Position numbers and translations under genes: made by a program. Positions 1-11,449 of a DNA stretch of 33,638 bases are shown piece after piece (position 1 is the stretch's first letter; each line of letters opens with the position of its first letter). Location of the stretch: the NCBI RefSeq assembly GCF_001194135.2, contig NC_068982.1, positions 151,916,670 to 151,950,307 on the forward strand, read 5' to 3'. The notes below the pieces were generated by a model. The model saw nothing but the letters and a program-made list of their open reading frames with translations, ran no database searches and had not been told where the DNA came from. Origin of the DNA: Octopus bimaculoides. Lineage: Eukaryota.

Positions 1-47
1 GGAAGAAATGGAGATGATAAAGTATTGGAGATTCCAAAACGAAGGTG

Positions 48-245
48 TGCGTGCCTGTGTGTATGTGAGAGTGTGTGTGCGCGTGTGGGTGGGTACTGGT
101 GACTTTGACGTGTAGATGTGTACGTGTGTGTGCTTCTGTAATGTGTGGGTGTGTGGATGATGGTGTAGGTGCTGGGAAGTGGTCAGTGCTAGTGTGTGTG
201 GAGTGATGTGATGTGGCGTGGTGGTCTGTGGTGTGGCGTGATGTT
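48..245. repeat. Degenerate GT/GTG-rich low-complexity tract
   Basis: Interrupted (GT)n and GTGTG runs. Confidence 0.7.
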
Positions 246-248
246 GGG

Positions 249-403
249 TGCTCCGCGAATTGGTCAGCCAAGCGGCGTCCTGTTTGACCGATGTACAGGG
301 GACAGAAAGAGCAGGAGACCCAAAAATTATTTGGGTCTCAATGTAGCCAACGAACAGGTTCGCATAATTGAGGCCCATTTTCGTTCTTATGACCACTCCC
401 GAG
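249..403 (-). mobile_element. Second short Penelope fragment, a direct copy of 673-830
   Basis: Manual alignment to 673-830 shows about 16 substitutions and one 3-nt gap. It encodes NYANLFVGYIETQI and LYIGQTGRRLADQFAEH. Confidence 0.9.
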
Positions 404-610
404 AACTGTGGTAGTGGCGGTGTTGGGGTGTGGGGTATGTAGGAGTGGGATGTGGATGGAGGTATTGATGCAGGGAGAAGGTGGGTAGGAGTAGAAAGAG
501 GAAGTAGGTGTCAGGGCAAGAGAGGAGAGAGGGGTGAGTAGGAATGAAGAGAGGAAATAGGTGTTAGATGAAGAGAGGAGAGGAGGAGAGTCAGAGGAAG
601 AGGGGATGAA

Positions 611-2300
611 AGTTGAGTCCAAATGGAGCAAAGGAGCGAAGAGAGAAGACTAATTGTCTGATGTCTCGGAACTGCTCCGCGAAACGGTCAGCCAAGCAGC
701 GTGTCGTTTGACCGATGTACAGAGAAGGACAGAAAGAGCAGGAGATCCAAAACTTATTTGGGTCTCAGTGTAGCCAACGAACAGGTTTGCATAGTTGGGG
801 CCCATTCTCGTTCCCATGGCCACTCCCGAGGTTCTTGGTAAAACTCCCCCGCGAACGAGAGGCAGTTGAGGGAGAGAACAAGTTCGGCCAGACGAAGAAG
901 TGTAGACGTGTCAGGTTGGGGTCGAAGGTCTAGGAAGTGTTTGAGGGCAAGAAGTCTTTCGTGGTGTGGGATCACCGTATATAGACTCTTGATATCAAGA
1001 GTGAAGAGAAGTTTAGAGGGGCCAGGAGGGAAGGAGAAAGAGTTGAAAAGACGAAGAGAATTGTTTGTGTCGTGGATGTATGTGGGGAGGGAAGCCACTA
1101 GGGCGCCAAGGACACGGTGCAGGTATTTTGAGATCAGTTTCGTGGGGCAGTTACAGGCGGAGTCGATGGGGCAGCTAGGGTTGTTGGGTTTGTGGATTTT
1201 CGGAAGGAAGTAAATGGTGGGGGTGTGAGGAGTGCGGACAATGAGGTTGGAGGCGGTGGGAGGGAGACGGGAGGAGGAGAAGAGGTCATGAATAGTTGAA
1301 GACACCGTCTATTGGAGGGTAGAGGGCAATAAAAAGAGATGTCTTGAAGTTGACGGAGAGCTTCAACTTTGTAGAGGTCTGCGCTCCACACCACCACGGC
1401 ACCACCGTTGTCGGCTGGTCTTATGATAATGTTTTGCGTCGTCGGAGAGATCGAAGGGCCAGGAATTCAGCTGGAGAGATGTTCAGATATCGGGGACGCC
1501 CGCGAAAGATAAACCGGTCCACAACACTTTGACAACTGCCCGCAAAATAATCGACTGCTTGAAACTGGCCAGGAGCTAGCATCTAGTGGGATGGTCGGTG
1601 GCCCAGGTCGGTGAAGCAGTCCTCTTCATTAGATGCAGATGGAGTGTTATGAAACAGTGTATATAGCCTGACACGGCGCACAAAGCTATGAATATTAGCA
1701 CGCGTCTGAAATTCGTTACTGGATGGAGTGATGGTGGTAAAGCACAGACCCCTACGAAGAAGAGAGCGTTCCGCCTTAGAGAGGTGAAAACCAGGACGAA
1801 TGGTAACAACAAGCTGAAGTTGGGAGGGGTAGATGGGTTAGATGTGGGAAGGGTGTGTGGGGTAGTGGAAGGCTGGGAGCAGAGAGAGGAGGGGTAAGTG
1901 TGTGGGGGATTTGAAGTAACGGAGGGGTTGAGGTGAAGATGAGGGGAAGTGTATCGGGGAGGGGTGGCATCGGGTGTGACGGAATGGAGGTGTGAGTGGA
2001 GTTTACGTTGTTTAGTGCGAGCTAGAAATTTATGGAAGATATGATTTACATGGATTATGTAGCGTAGAGTGTGCATAGGAAGGTGAAAGATGGAATAAGC
2101 GAAAGGGAGAAGGCGGTCGATGGTGTGTATTTTGGAGAGATTTGGACGAACGGTGGCGCGCATAAGGCGGTATGAAGTAGTACGGAGTATGGGTAGGACC
2201 GCTGAAGCAGAGTAGAAAGTGGGGTGAAGATAGAGGCGGAAACCTTTAGGGGTGAGGCGGTGGTGAAGGCAGCGATTGAGAAATTAAACGTGGCTAGAGA
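611..2300 (-). pseudogene. Penelope RT + GIY-YIG endonuclease ORF relic lacking the catalytic YxDD segment, thumb and mid-endonuclease
   Basis: Track ORFs 754..1305, 1134..1397 and 1576..2163 are fragments of it. There are multiple frameshifts and stops, and RT motif B is followed within ~10 codons by the YIG half of the endonuclease. Confidence 0.9.
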
Positions 2301-2494
2301 ACCGTGTTTTTTTGTTTGAAAATTAGTAGGGAAAGATTAATAGAAGGTTGAAAGCAGCAGAAAAGAAGTGTGGAAAGGTGTTTCTTTAGGCGGTGGTGAA
2401 GGTGAAGGAGGAAAGATTTGTAATCGGGCATTATTGAAAAAGGAGAAAAGAAAGGGGAAAGAGAAAGGCAAAATAATGACGTACGGAGTATAAA

Positions 2495-2775
2495 GGTTCA
2501 AAAAATTCAAAAGAATTCAAATAATTCAAAAGCGTGAGGAGAAAAAAATTCAAAAGTCGTGAGGAGAAAAAATTCAAAAGGCAAGAGAAGAAAAATAAAA
2601 AGGAAAAGAAAGAAAAAAGAAGAATCAGAGAGTAAAGGAGAAGAAAAGAAGACGAAAACGAAAAGAAATGGAAAGAGGCAAAGTAACAACGTACGGATTA
2701 AAAGAAAACAGAGTAACAAAAAACAGAATAAGAAAAAAACAGAAGGTTCAAAAAAGTTCAAAAAGGTTCAAACGT
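2495..2775. repeat. A-rich short tandem repeats in the presumed Penelope 5' region
   Basis: Repeated GGTTCAAAAAA(G/T)TTCAAAA units and a duplicated CGTGAGGAGAAAAAATTCAAAAG unit. ORFs 2507..2761 and 2559..2873 are by-products of this composition. Confidence 0.7.
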
Positions 2776-2884
2776 CGTGGTGTATGGGAGCGATTTTTCA
2801 TCAACGGAAGAGTCCAGTGAAATCCATATGTATATCCAGTAGTAATCCAGGTGGAATGCTGGGGTATAGATGAGGAGAGGTGCA

Positions 2885-2997
2885 NNNNNNNNNNNNNNNN
2901 NNNNNNNNNNNNNNNNNNNNNNNNNNNNNNNNNNNNNNNNNNNNNNNNNNNNNNNNNNNNNNNNNNNNNNNNNNNNNNNNNNNNNNNNNNNNNNNNN
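2885..2997. other. Assembly gap (N run)
   Basis: Run of N. Other gaps lie at 17532-17541, 24758-25011, 27610-28023 and 31311-31520, each abutting (TA)n, (CA)n or (CT)n on at least one side. Confidence 1.
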
Positions 2998-3322
2998 ATA
3001 TATATATATATATACGCACGTACATATATACATACATATTGTTATTTAAATTTAATTCTTGTCGTGTGACATGAATTCCACACCAGTGCAATCGATTGTT
3101 GAACACTGCTATTATTCGTTACTTCTTCCCTTTGACAGTCTTCAGTGTGAGCTTGTTCTTTTCTTCATATTTCTTCATTGTAGTTCTTACTTGCTCGATT
3201 TTCCAGTCATGGAGAAGTTCACGGTGGTTATGGATGAATTCATCGCAGCTCGTAAAACCATAAGAAGTATTATGATAACAACCACACCTACATGAGGCTT
3301 ACTAGTTATTTCCCTATCTTTC

Positions 3323-3424
3323 TAGGCCCATCTCTCTCTCTCTCTTCCTATTCTCCATTCTTCCTCTCCCTCTCTGTCTGTCTTCTCACTCTCTCTCTCT
3401 CTCTCTCCCTCTCTCTCTCTCTCT

Positions 3425-3468
<44 letters not shown>

Positions 3469-3472
3469 GTAT
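3323..3472. repeat. Compound microsatellite (CT)n(TA)n(TATG)n
   Basis: Read directly from sequence. Confidence 0.95.
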
Positions 3473-3599
3473 GATTATTACTTTCCAAAACAGAAGCCTA
3501 AATCGCCTGTTTTCTTTATACCGAAAAATAAAAAAATCGATCAATCTTAATTATAGCAGGACAGTAGAATTTAGGACTAATTTGGCTCAATTAATTTTT

Positions 3600-4660
3600 T
3601 TTCTTGTGATCTTCCAGTTTATTCATTATATCAGTGTTAAGTTATGTCCTGAATCCTTCCGACACAGGTTATCTACTTAGGAGAAACCTGTCAACTTTCT
3701 CCATCTCAATAATAATAGTATCAACGAAGTTCAACCTACCTCAGAGTCAAGGACTGAGTAGACATCTACAGGATGTGCTTGTCTAGTCGAAAAAATTAAA
3801 TCTATATGAGATTTTTTTCTCTATTTAATCCTTGTAACTCTTCTCTATTCCAGACAATGAAAAAGTGCCAAATATATAAGTAGAAAAATCACCCTTGTCT
3901 TCATCCGAATCACGATATTTGAGCTGATTAGCTTAAACAGTAGGACTATCCATAACTTTTATAAGGTATTCTTTTCTCACTTTCAACCTCGTTCCTCCTT
4001 GTAGCTCTTGGTATACTTCCAATATTCCAAGGTATTCTAACTGTCCAACTTTTAAGGAGCTCATTCGATGTTTCTGCTTTTACTTATATAATCTAACGCT
4101 TTCCTCTTTCTTAATCCTTCTTATTTTAAGGATAAGATAAACTACATTTCTTTAATCCAAACTCTGATTTTTCTTAGTTTATTCATCTTGATATACGATC
4201 AGAGATAACCTTACTTTTAATCACTTTCTTCATTCCTTCCTTGTTTTCATTTATTGCTCTGGCAAACAATATGATATCATCTTCTGAAACACTAACAGAC
4301 TTTTAAATGCCATGTCAAAATCTTTAAAAGGCATTTATGAAATCCTCTGGTAATATACTGAAATTTGCGGTTTGTGTAAATTATACATTGCGAAATATTC
4401 TGATATGTATACAAATCTTTTTGAAATAGGACAAGGTATCTCCTTGGAATATTATTTTCCAATACATACTTTAATCCTGCATGAAGGTAAATAGTATTTT
4501 TGTGTCCCTTTTTTACTTTTTCAATAACTTCCTAAAATATTTATTGGTTTTACCCAATTCTCTTAAATAATATCAGTTGAGGTATTTTATTATCTTTAAT
4601 TCACTAACGGTTCTTTCAAATGCACGTTTCACTCAGCTTGGTGATTGGTAAGGATTGCTA
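3600..4660 (-). mobile_element. Highly decayed R4/Dong-type non-LTR RT relic
   Basis: Minus-strand motifs in correct order: IFQGDTLS (~4430-4455), EDDIILFA (~4260-4290), EFGLKKCS (~4145-4170), EYLGILE (~4020-4045), VRKEY (~3965-3985). There are many stops. Confidence 0.75.
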
Positions 4661-5217
4661 CTTTTTTCAACCTTTTTACATCCTTTGTATATGCTATGTC
4701 ATCAAATGGTTGTTACCTGCGGCGTATAGTTACGGGACAATATTAGGAGATTTAATACTAAAATTGTATTTTTAAAATTATTATTTCTGTTGTTCTGGAG
4801 TTTACTGAAAACAAATAGTTGTAGAAATAATTCTTATTTCTTAAGGGGTGAAGGTTATTATTTTTTCCTACTTTGTGGATATAAATATTCATTCCATGGA
4901 ATATTATAAAATCCACTGAGCTGGAATACACTCTACTAATGATGCTGATACATCTGAAAATATACTCAGCTATTCTTACTGCTGCATCTATTGAAATTGT
5001 TCTCAATTTTATTATTTTGATACTACTTTACTTTCATTACAGTTTATTTAAAAGAGTGTGTTTTTCACTGAAAAATTACTGAATGAGTCTACTTGTTATT
5101 TGCAAAAGTATTCCATTGACAACAATCGACTCTGTACAACAATGAAATAAGATCTTGCTTCACTACGTAGGGTAATTCGGGAGTTTGGGGTTCTTGATAG
5201 GTCTTAGGTGCTGTCCA

Positions 5218-5255
5218 TATACATACATACATACATACATACATACATACATACA
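5218..5255. repeat. (TACA)n microsatellite
   Basis: Read directly from sequence. Confidence 0.95.
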
Positions 5256-5352
5256 AACGCATGCACACAGGTGTAAACACACTTACAAACACACCCACTA
5301 TTTTGTGTTTCTTTCTAATGGCTTTCATTCGCTGTCATTGTAATACATATAA

Positions 5353-5452
5353 TTCTTCTTCCGCTTCTTCTTCTTCTTCTTCTTCTTCTTCTTCTTCTTC
5401 TTCTTCTTCTTCTTCTTCTTCTTCTTCTTCTTCTTCTTCTTCTTCTTCTTCT
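5353..5452. repeat. (TTC)n microsatellite, about 100 bp
   Basis: Read directly; explains the poly-Ser ORF 5261..5494. Confidence 0.97.
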
Positions 5453-5525
5453 TTTTCTATTACCACTACTACTTATAATTATGAAAATAATTAAAAATAA
5501 TAATTATTATCAATATCATTATTAT

Positions 5526-5718
5526 GGAGTGAGGTGGCAAACTAACAGAATCGTTGGCACGCCAGAGGAAACGCTCCGCAGCTTTTCGGCCCTCTTTAAC
5601 GTTCGGAGTTAAAATTCCACTGAGGTCGATAAAATAAGTACTACTTGAACACTAGGGTCGATGTAATCGACTAACCCCTAGCCCCGAAATTGCTGGCCTT
5701 GTACCAAAATTTGAAACC
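5526..5718 (+). mobile_element. SINE family A copy 1 (tRNA-derived-like head), with internal deletion
   Basis: Shares GGCAGAATC..TTC(A/G)AATTCC..GAGGTCGA..GATAAAATAAGTAC..GGTCGATGTAATCGAC..GCCAAAATTTGAA with other copies in the window. Flanked by TATCATTATTA at 5514-5524 and 5724-5734. Confidence 0.85.
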
Positions 5719-5786
5719 AATATTATCATTATTAAAACGAATACTAAAAACGATTATTAAAAAGTAGTAGAAAGGAATATTATGAA

Positions 5787-5995
5787 AGTGGCGAGCTGGC
5801 AGAATCCTCAGCACCCGGGTAAAATGCTTAGCGGTATCTCGTCCGTTTTTTCCGTTCTGAGTTCATATTCCACTGAGGTCTGTTTTGCTTTTTATCCTCT
5901 CAGGGTCGATAAAAAGACTACCAGCTGAGCCCTGGGCGTGATGTGGCCGATTTACTCCCTTCCCCGAAATTGATGCCCATGTGCCAAAATTTGAA
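5787..5995 (+). mobile_element. SINE family A copy 2
   Basis: GTGGCGAGCTGGCAGAATC A-box-like head, GTTCATATTCC B-box-like motif, GGGTCGATAAAA core, GTGCCAAAATTTGAA end. Confidence 0.9.
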
Positions 5996-6314
5996 TATGT
6001 TAATAAGCAAGTTAATACTTTAAAGATATGCATATTTTGTAATGGTATATATATAGCCTTCTAAGATCATGATCAACGGAGGAAAGTTGAATGTCAGTAT
6101 GTATCGACATAAATTCATAATTATTCCAGCCAATTAAGTAAAGAAAAATATAGAGCCCAAAATGCCTGCATTATTTATTGTGTTATGCTTCTTTACATTA
6201 TTAGTCATAATTACTTCTGCAAAATCGATAAAATGTATACCAGTGACATAGTGGGGTAAATTAAACCAAGATATAAATTGTGACGTTAGTTCAAATTTAT
6301 AAACCATTAAAGAC

Positions 6315-6520
6315 AGTGGATGACAGAATCAGCTGAACAAGGATAAAATATCTTACGGTATTTTAGTTACGACCTTCAAAATTATATTTTCAAATTTCGC
6401 CGAGGTAGACTTTGCTCTCGTCTTTTCTAAATCGATAAAATAAAGTATCAGTTAAGTACTGGAGTCGATTCAAGCAACTAAACTCTTACCTCAACAGTTG
6501 TGATTGTGTGCCAATGTATA
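6315..6520 (+). mobile_element. SINE family A copy 3, more diverged
   Basis: TTCAAATTTCGCCGAGGTAGACTTTG..ATCGATAAAATAAAGTATCAGTTAAGTACTGGAGTCGAT..TGTGCCAA. Confidence 0.8.
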
Positions 6521-7627
6521 AGACATGGTTATTGTTGTAAGCTTACATATTTACCATCAGCTTTACAGAAATAAATCCTTGCTGTTTGCTATGTAAGCAA
6601 ATTGGAAATATTTCAATACTCTCTTCTCTACTTTTTCATTACTTTTTCTTTTTTTTTTTTTTTTAATTTTCTTTCTTCCTTGATAACTGATTTGTATTTC
6701 TGTGCATACGTTTACACGCTAGTAATGTTTGTTATGAAGTGTGAGATGTGCGTGTGAACATGTGTTGCATATGTGTACACTATTGAATTTGTTAAGTATC
6801 ATTTTTTGTTCTTGTTAACGCTTTTCGCTTTATATCCTTCTTTCCTCTATTATAGAAAGGATTTTCTTCTAATGTGTGCTACGTGAAGTCCAAATGTTCA
6901 GCTAGCAACAAAATATAATGCTTCTTCCTTGTATTTTTATCCCTATCATTGTTTAGTAGTCTAAACATTCCTATTATTATAGGAATTACAGTTGTATTCC
7001 TTCTGTATTTTACTTTTTATCCCAACAACACGTTCAGGTTTATTTGTTTGTTTAATGATATATTTATGATATATTTATGCTCGAAGAGCATCATGATGCC
7101 TTAGTTATCGTACATACTTTTTTTCCTTAACATGTCGTTGCGAATGTGTTTGTTTTACTAGTTTTTTTTTCTCTTTGTGCAGTGCTATCATCCAGAGATT
7201 CGTCACACTTTATTTTTTATTCTCATGTTTCATTTTTCATGTAATGTCTCAAGAACAAGTTTATACTATTTAAAGGTTGTTTGGCCCTTGTAATACTTAT
7301 TTTTTTATAAAAAGTAATCGGATGGTAGTCAATGAATTATATATTCAATATTTTCATCAAACAGCACATACTCAACGCGCTTCTGTTCTTGCTTCATAAA
7401 TATGATTTGGAGTCTACAACATATGAGAAAACTCTGTGATGGCCTAAGATCAAACAATAACAACGACAACAACAGCAGCAATTTACTGTGTGCACTATAC
7501 GTCTGCTCGACTTGAGTTTGCTTGGAGTTGGTAGATTTTGTTCGTTTTTTTATTCTCAGTCACATTTGCCAAATCTATTTTTTGGTGGATACTCCTTAAT
7601 TTCCATATATTTCGTACCAATAATAAT

Positions 7628-7840
7628 TGTTTCAATTTTTAACACAAAGCCAGCATTTTAAGTGGTGAGGCTAGTCAATCACATCGACCTCAGTGCTCAA
7701 CTGGTACTTATTTTATGGACCCCTAAAGGATGTAAGGCAAAGTCGACCTCGGGAGAAATTTAAATCAGAACGTCAAGAGCTGGAAGATAGCGCTAAGTAT
7801 TTTGTGTCAAACGCTAAAGATTCTTACCGATCGCCGCTGT
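7628..7840 (-). mobile_element. SINE family A copy 4
   Basis: Reverse complement of the same consensus (CACATCGACCTCAGTGCTCAACTGGTACTTATTTTAT..GGCAAAGTCGACCTCGG). Flanks are CAATAATAAT 7618-7627 and CAATGATAAT 7841-7850. Confidence 0.88.
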
Positions 7841-8494
7841 CAATGATAATATTCATAATAATGCATTCTTTATCTATCACTAATAGTTTACACATGCTTT
7901 TGAAGTTTCTAATGGGAAAATGGTCAAAATCATGGTCTATTTGGATGGTACATACTTTTCATTTTAAGTTCTCACCCTTTATGCATTCTGTCGGATGATA
8001 TTTGAGAAAATATTTATTAAGGGCGTTTCTTTGTTACAGTGTGAGGATATTGGTTGAGATTGGTGTATTATTGAATTTGGAAATAATATCTGTTATTGCG
8101 TTGTTATTGTTGTTGTTGTTGTTGTTGACGACGATGATGATGATTACTCGATGTAGAGTTTTACGATAAATTTTGTAGTTTATGATGGATAAAACGTTCT
8201 CCAGTTTTCTGATTTCTGATGTTTATTATTGTCAGTATTTTTGTTAGCTATCCCCTTATTTCATTGTTTAGATCTTTGATGTTGAGTTTCATAGGATTTT
8301 GGCGAATTGTATTTGAATTCGTCCTCGGTTTTTTTTTTTCAGGTCTATTATTTCTCATGCATAACTAGTGTTGTACGAGAGTACGACACCCTCTGGTGAG
8401 AATGCTAGGACACAGCGTAAAAATCTGAGTCGATCACATCGATTCCAGTATTATTTTTTAAAACTGATGCTTATTATAATGGTCTTTGTTGTCA

Positions 8495-8655
8495 AACACA
8501 GTTTGTACCAGTTTCCGTCCTCGAAATTCACTCACAAGGTATCAGTAGGCTCGGGACAATAGTAGATGACATTTGCCCAAAATACTTTGCAGTGAGACAG
8601 AGACAGGAGCTATGCTCTTACAAAGTGAATCTCATAACTACACAGTGATGCTTGT
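8495..8655 (-). mobile_element. SINE family B copy (tRNA head plus CORE-like TTGGGCAAGTGTC region)
   Basis: Minus strand reads TTGGGCAAATGTCATCTACTATTGTCCCGAGCC..CCTTGTGAGTGAATTTCGAGGACGGAAACTG, matching a remembered octopus SINE. A related GACGGAAACT fragment lies at ~22785-22845 (+). Confidence 0.65.
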
Positions 8656-9720
8656 ATCCAATGTTTATAATATTAACTAGCAGAAAACAGCCTGAAGGGA
8701 TGCTACTTGTAATCATTATATCAAATTAAATCAATACATTATCTAAGAATAAATGCGAGGTCGACGTAGGCACAGAAAATAAATTAAGGCTTTTATTATT
8801 CAAAGGATCATGGTTTACACGTTTATCTTTAACGGAATGAAATTTCTATGTAATTTTGAAATAATAAATGGATATAGTGTAAAAGCTTATACAAATATTC
8901 TAAAAGTATCTCATAGAAAAACTTTGTAATCACTTCTTTCTAATGAAGTCATTTAGCGAGTGAGTAAGTGAAAGCAGTAGAGTGTACGGGAAGGTACGAA
9001 GTATTAAATAAGATAACAGAGAAGGGAATACAAATGAAGTGTGAGAGAAAAAAGAAACAAAGAGGGAAAGGACTAAGACCTTACAAAGCACTGGTTGTGT
9101 AAGATGTTAAAAATTACTGACTATCCCGCAGTGATTTAAATTAGCTTTTTGATTAAATCGTGCAGTTGAAATCTCCAATAATAAAAGAATCACATTTTGA
9201 TAATAAAAGTATATTAAAATTGGAATTTTAAGAATTTTCTAGACTTTGTAAACTTTAACAATTGCTTTCTTTTAATAAAAATTACATATTCATAACTTAA
9301 TTAATAAGCTGTTTCCTTTACTATAGTATAGATGAGCTTCGTGTTAATTTTTTTTATTTTGAAAGCGTGTACCGTTAATGTAGTGTCGCTAAGTATTGGT
9401 TTACTAATATCCTTCGTGATAATATTTATGCATGCTATAACATCATTCTATTGTGATAAAGTCAGTCTGGTCTGAGTTGAGTATAATTAAGAAACTTTTG
9501 TTCAGTATCCCGATCGCAAAAATGTTTCTATGATTTTTTTTTTTTTTTTAGTTCTATGAAGGTGTTTTAACTGCTGATAATGTAGGCTTTTTAGATTGTT
9601 TTTATTATTTTCACAGAGTTCCTTTTCGCATGTGAAACGTTAAGTATTGCCAGTAATTCTCTGTCTTGGATTTTTGTGAATAATCTCTGTAACCACTAAG
9701 TGCAGCTGTTTCATTAACAG

Positions 9721-9849
9721 CATGGCCTTGTTGCTAGTGACCGCCACTAGTTTGAGAACTTCAGTATTGATTTTACGAAGTCAAACAGTGAATATTGAGG
9801 ATGTTAGTGCCAATGGAAACGCTCAGAGCGACGTAGGTGGCGACGATAA
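9721..9849 (+). CDS. Speculative coding exon A (MALLLVTATSLRTSVLILRSQTVNIEDVSANGNAQSDVGGDD)
   Basis: TTTCATTAACAG acceptor, open frame from ATG 9722, AA|GTAACT donor, GC-richer than its flanks. No recognised homology. Confidence 0.2.
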
Positions 9850-10089
9850 GTAACTTATGACACAGTCATACAAGTGGCTGCTCAGAAATGGTGCAACCTA
9901 TATAGCTAACTTAGTGAACTGCCTTTTTATCTGTCTCGCCGTTGCCAGAAGGTTATGCATAGTTTTTAATCAAACATACGTAATTGAAGAAATCACTGTA
10001 TTCTATTATTATCTATTCTATTGGTGTTTTTCACATGTCCTTATTAGTGTTCTATGTTTAGGTTTGAAAACTATAATTCCGAAGTCAAA

Positions 10090-10262
10090 TATATATGTGT
10101 GTACGTATATGTGTCATACGTATGTGCATATATGTGTTTATCGTACTTATGTGCTTAAATATATTTATGTATGTATACTTGAATGTGTATATGTGTGTGT
10201 ATGTATGTTTGGATGTGTGTATATATATGTGTATATATATATACATATGTGTGTGCATGCAT

Positions 10263-10307
<45 letters not shown>

Positions 10308-10332
10308 ATGGTCAATAATTATACACACATAC

Positions 10333-10426
<94 letters not shown>

Positions 10427-10440
10427 GATAGATAGACAAA
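10090..10440. repeat. Compound (TA)/(TG)/(CA) microsatellite array
   Basis: Read directly; the overlapping ORFs are artefacts. Confidence 0.95.
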
Positions 10441-10737
10441 TATTCTGTGTCCTAACTCAAACACGCGTTTCCATACATGAATAGACACATGTGTGTAAAT
10501 GTGTTTGTCAAAACATAAAGAAAATTATATTAATGAAAAAAATAAAGGAAACAACTAAAATCAAAGAAAAGCAGAGGAACAGTTTCAAAGCAGAAGGTAC
10601 ATTAGCATCTCATAAATCAATTAGATAGAATATCATTTACTAATCAATTCTCACTATGAATACTGATCATCTCACAAAACTGTTTTGAAATTGAGGAATG
10701 TAATAACATAGCTAATCACTAAGGTGACATGATACTC

Positions 10738-10990
10738 CCGCACCACCACTACCACCAACCCATCACAATTACCATCATCATCCAATCACCACAATGCCTT
10801 CATTACCAGCAATAATAGAACTGATACCACCACTGCCACTTTTAAACACCATCACCATCACTACTAGCACTACTATCAATACCAACATCATAAAGACGAA
10901 AATGACGACGACTACAAAACCAACAACATCATTTTACCACTGACACCAACACCTCCACAATCACCTCACCACTATCAACATTATCACTTC
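10738..10990. repeat. Decayed trinucleotide (CAC/CAT/CAA) low-complexity tract
   Basis: Period-3 CA(C/T/A) units with many interruptions. A similar ACT/ACA/ATT tract lies at 21215-21400. Confidence 0.75.
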
Positions 10991-11449
10991 ATATAGTAAA
11001 TAAGTAGTACAATATTAAATTAGAGACATCAGTTGTAAGATGGTTAATGGTATAGTAAAATTGCTATTTAAGTAGTCACAAGCATTCTCAATTAAAATTT
11101 GGGTATTTCTTTTGAATAAATTACATAAAAAAAACTTTAATTGCTCTCTCTCTCACTCAGACCTTATCACATTCTCTCTCATTTTCTCTCTATATATACA
11201 TATATACAGATATAGAAAAGAACAGTAAAATAACTACAGAAAAATCAAGACGAGTAAAATTTGACCTTTTTATTTCATTTAGTATATGTAACAATCAAAT
11301 GTAACAATCTCACCACCCCTTACCATATTTGCAATGAATACTTTACCATTTTGAAACATATGCTGCAAAGTTTGAAGGCAAAACATGACAATCCATATAT
11401 TTTGCTAATATTAAAGTAACTGGGCGATGATCATTTAGCAATTTTGGGA

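Larger units (their letters stand above)
405..2884 (-). mobile_element. Penelope-like retroelement (Neptune-like), degenerate and internally deleted; 5' end runs into an N-gap
   Basis: Minus-strand translation across frameshifts gives ordered PLE motifs: H*FLNRCLHHRLTPKGFRL (~2230-2292), LSKAERSLLRRGLCF..FVRRVRL (~1660-1790), IIIRPADNGGAVVVWSADLYKVEALRQLQD (~1335-1430), PTIYFLPKIHKP, DIKSLYTVIP, GVAMGTRMGPNYANLFVGY, then ISCSFCPSLYIGQTTRCLADRFAE and a terminal LRSFAPFGLN. The Neptune assignment rests on the CxxC-YIG and PxGLN end and is an inference. Confidence 0.92.

Noticed and set aside
2755-2830. Possible hammerhead on the minus strand (TTGATGA...GAAC) in the Penelope 5' region
   Set aside because: Both core halves deviate and stems I and III cannot be formed convincingly.
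2559-2873. Lys/Arg-rich ORF resembling a protamine or histone tail
   Set aside because: It is the antisense reading of the A-rich repeats in the Penelope 5' region; the composition explains it.
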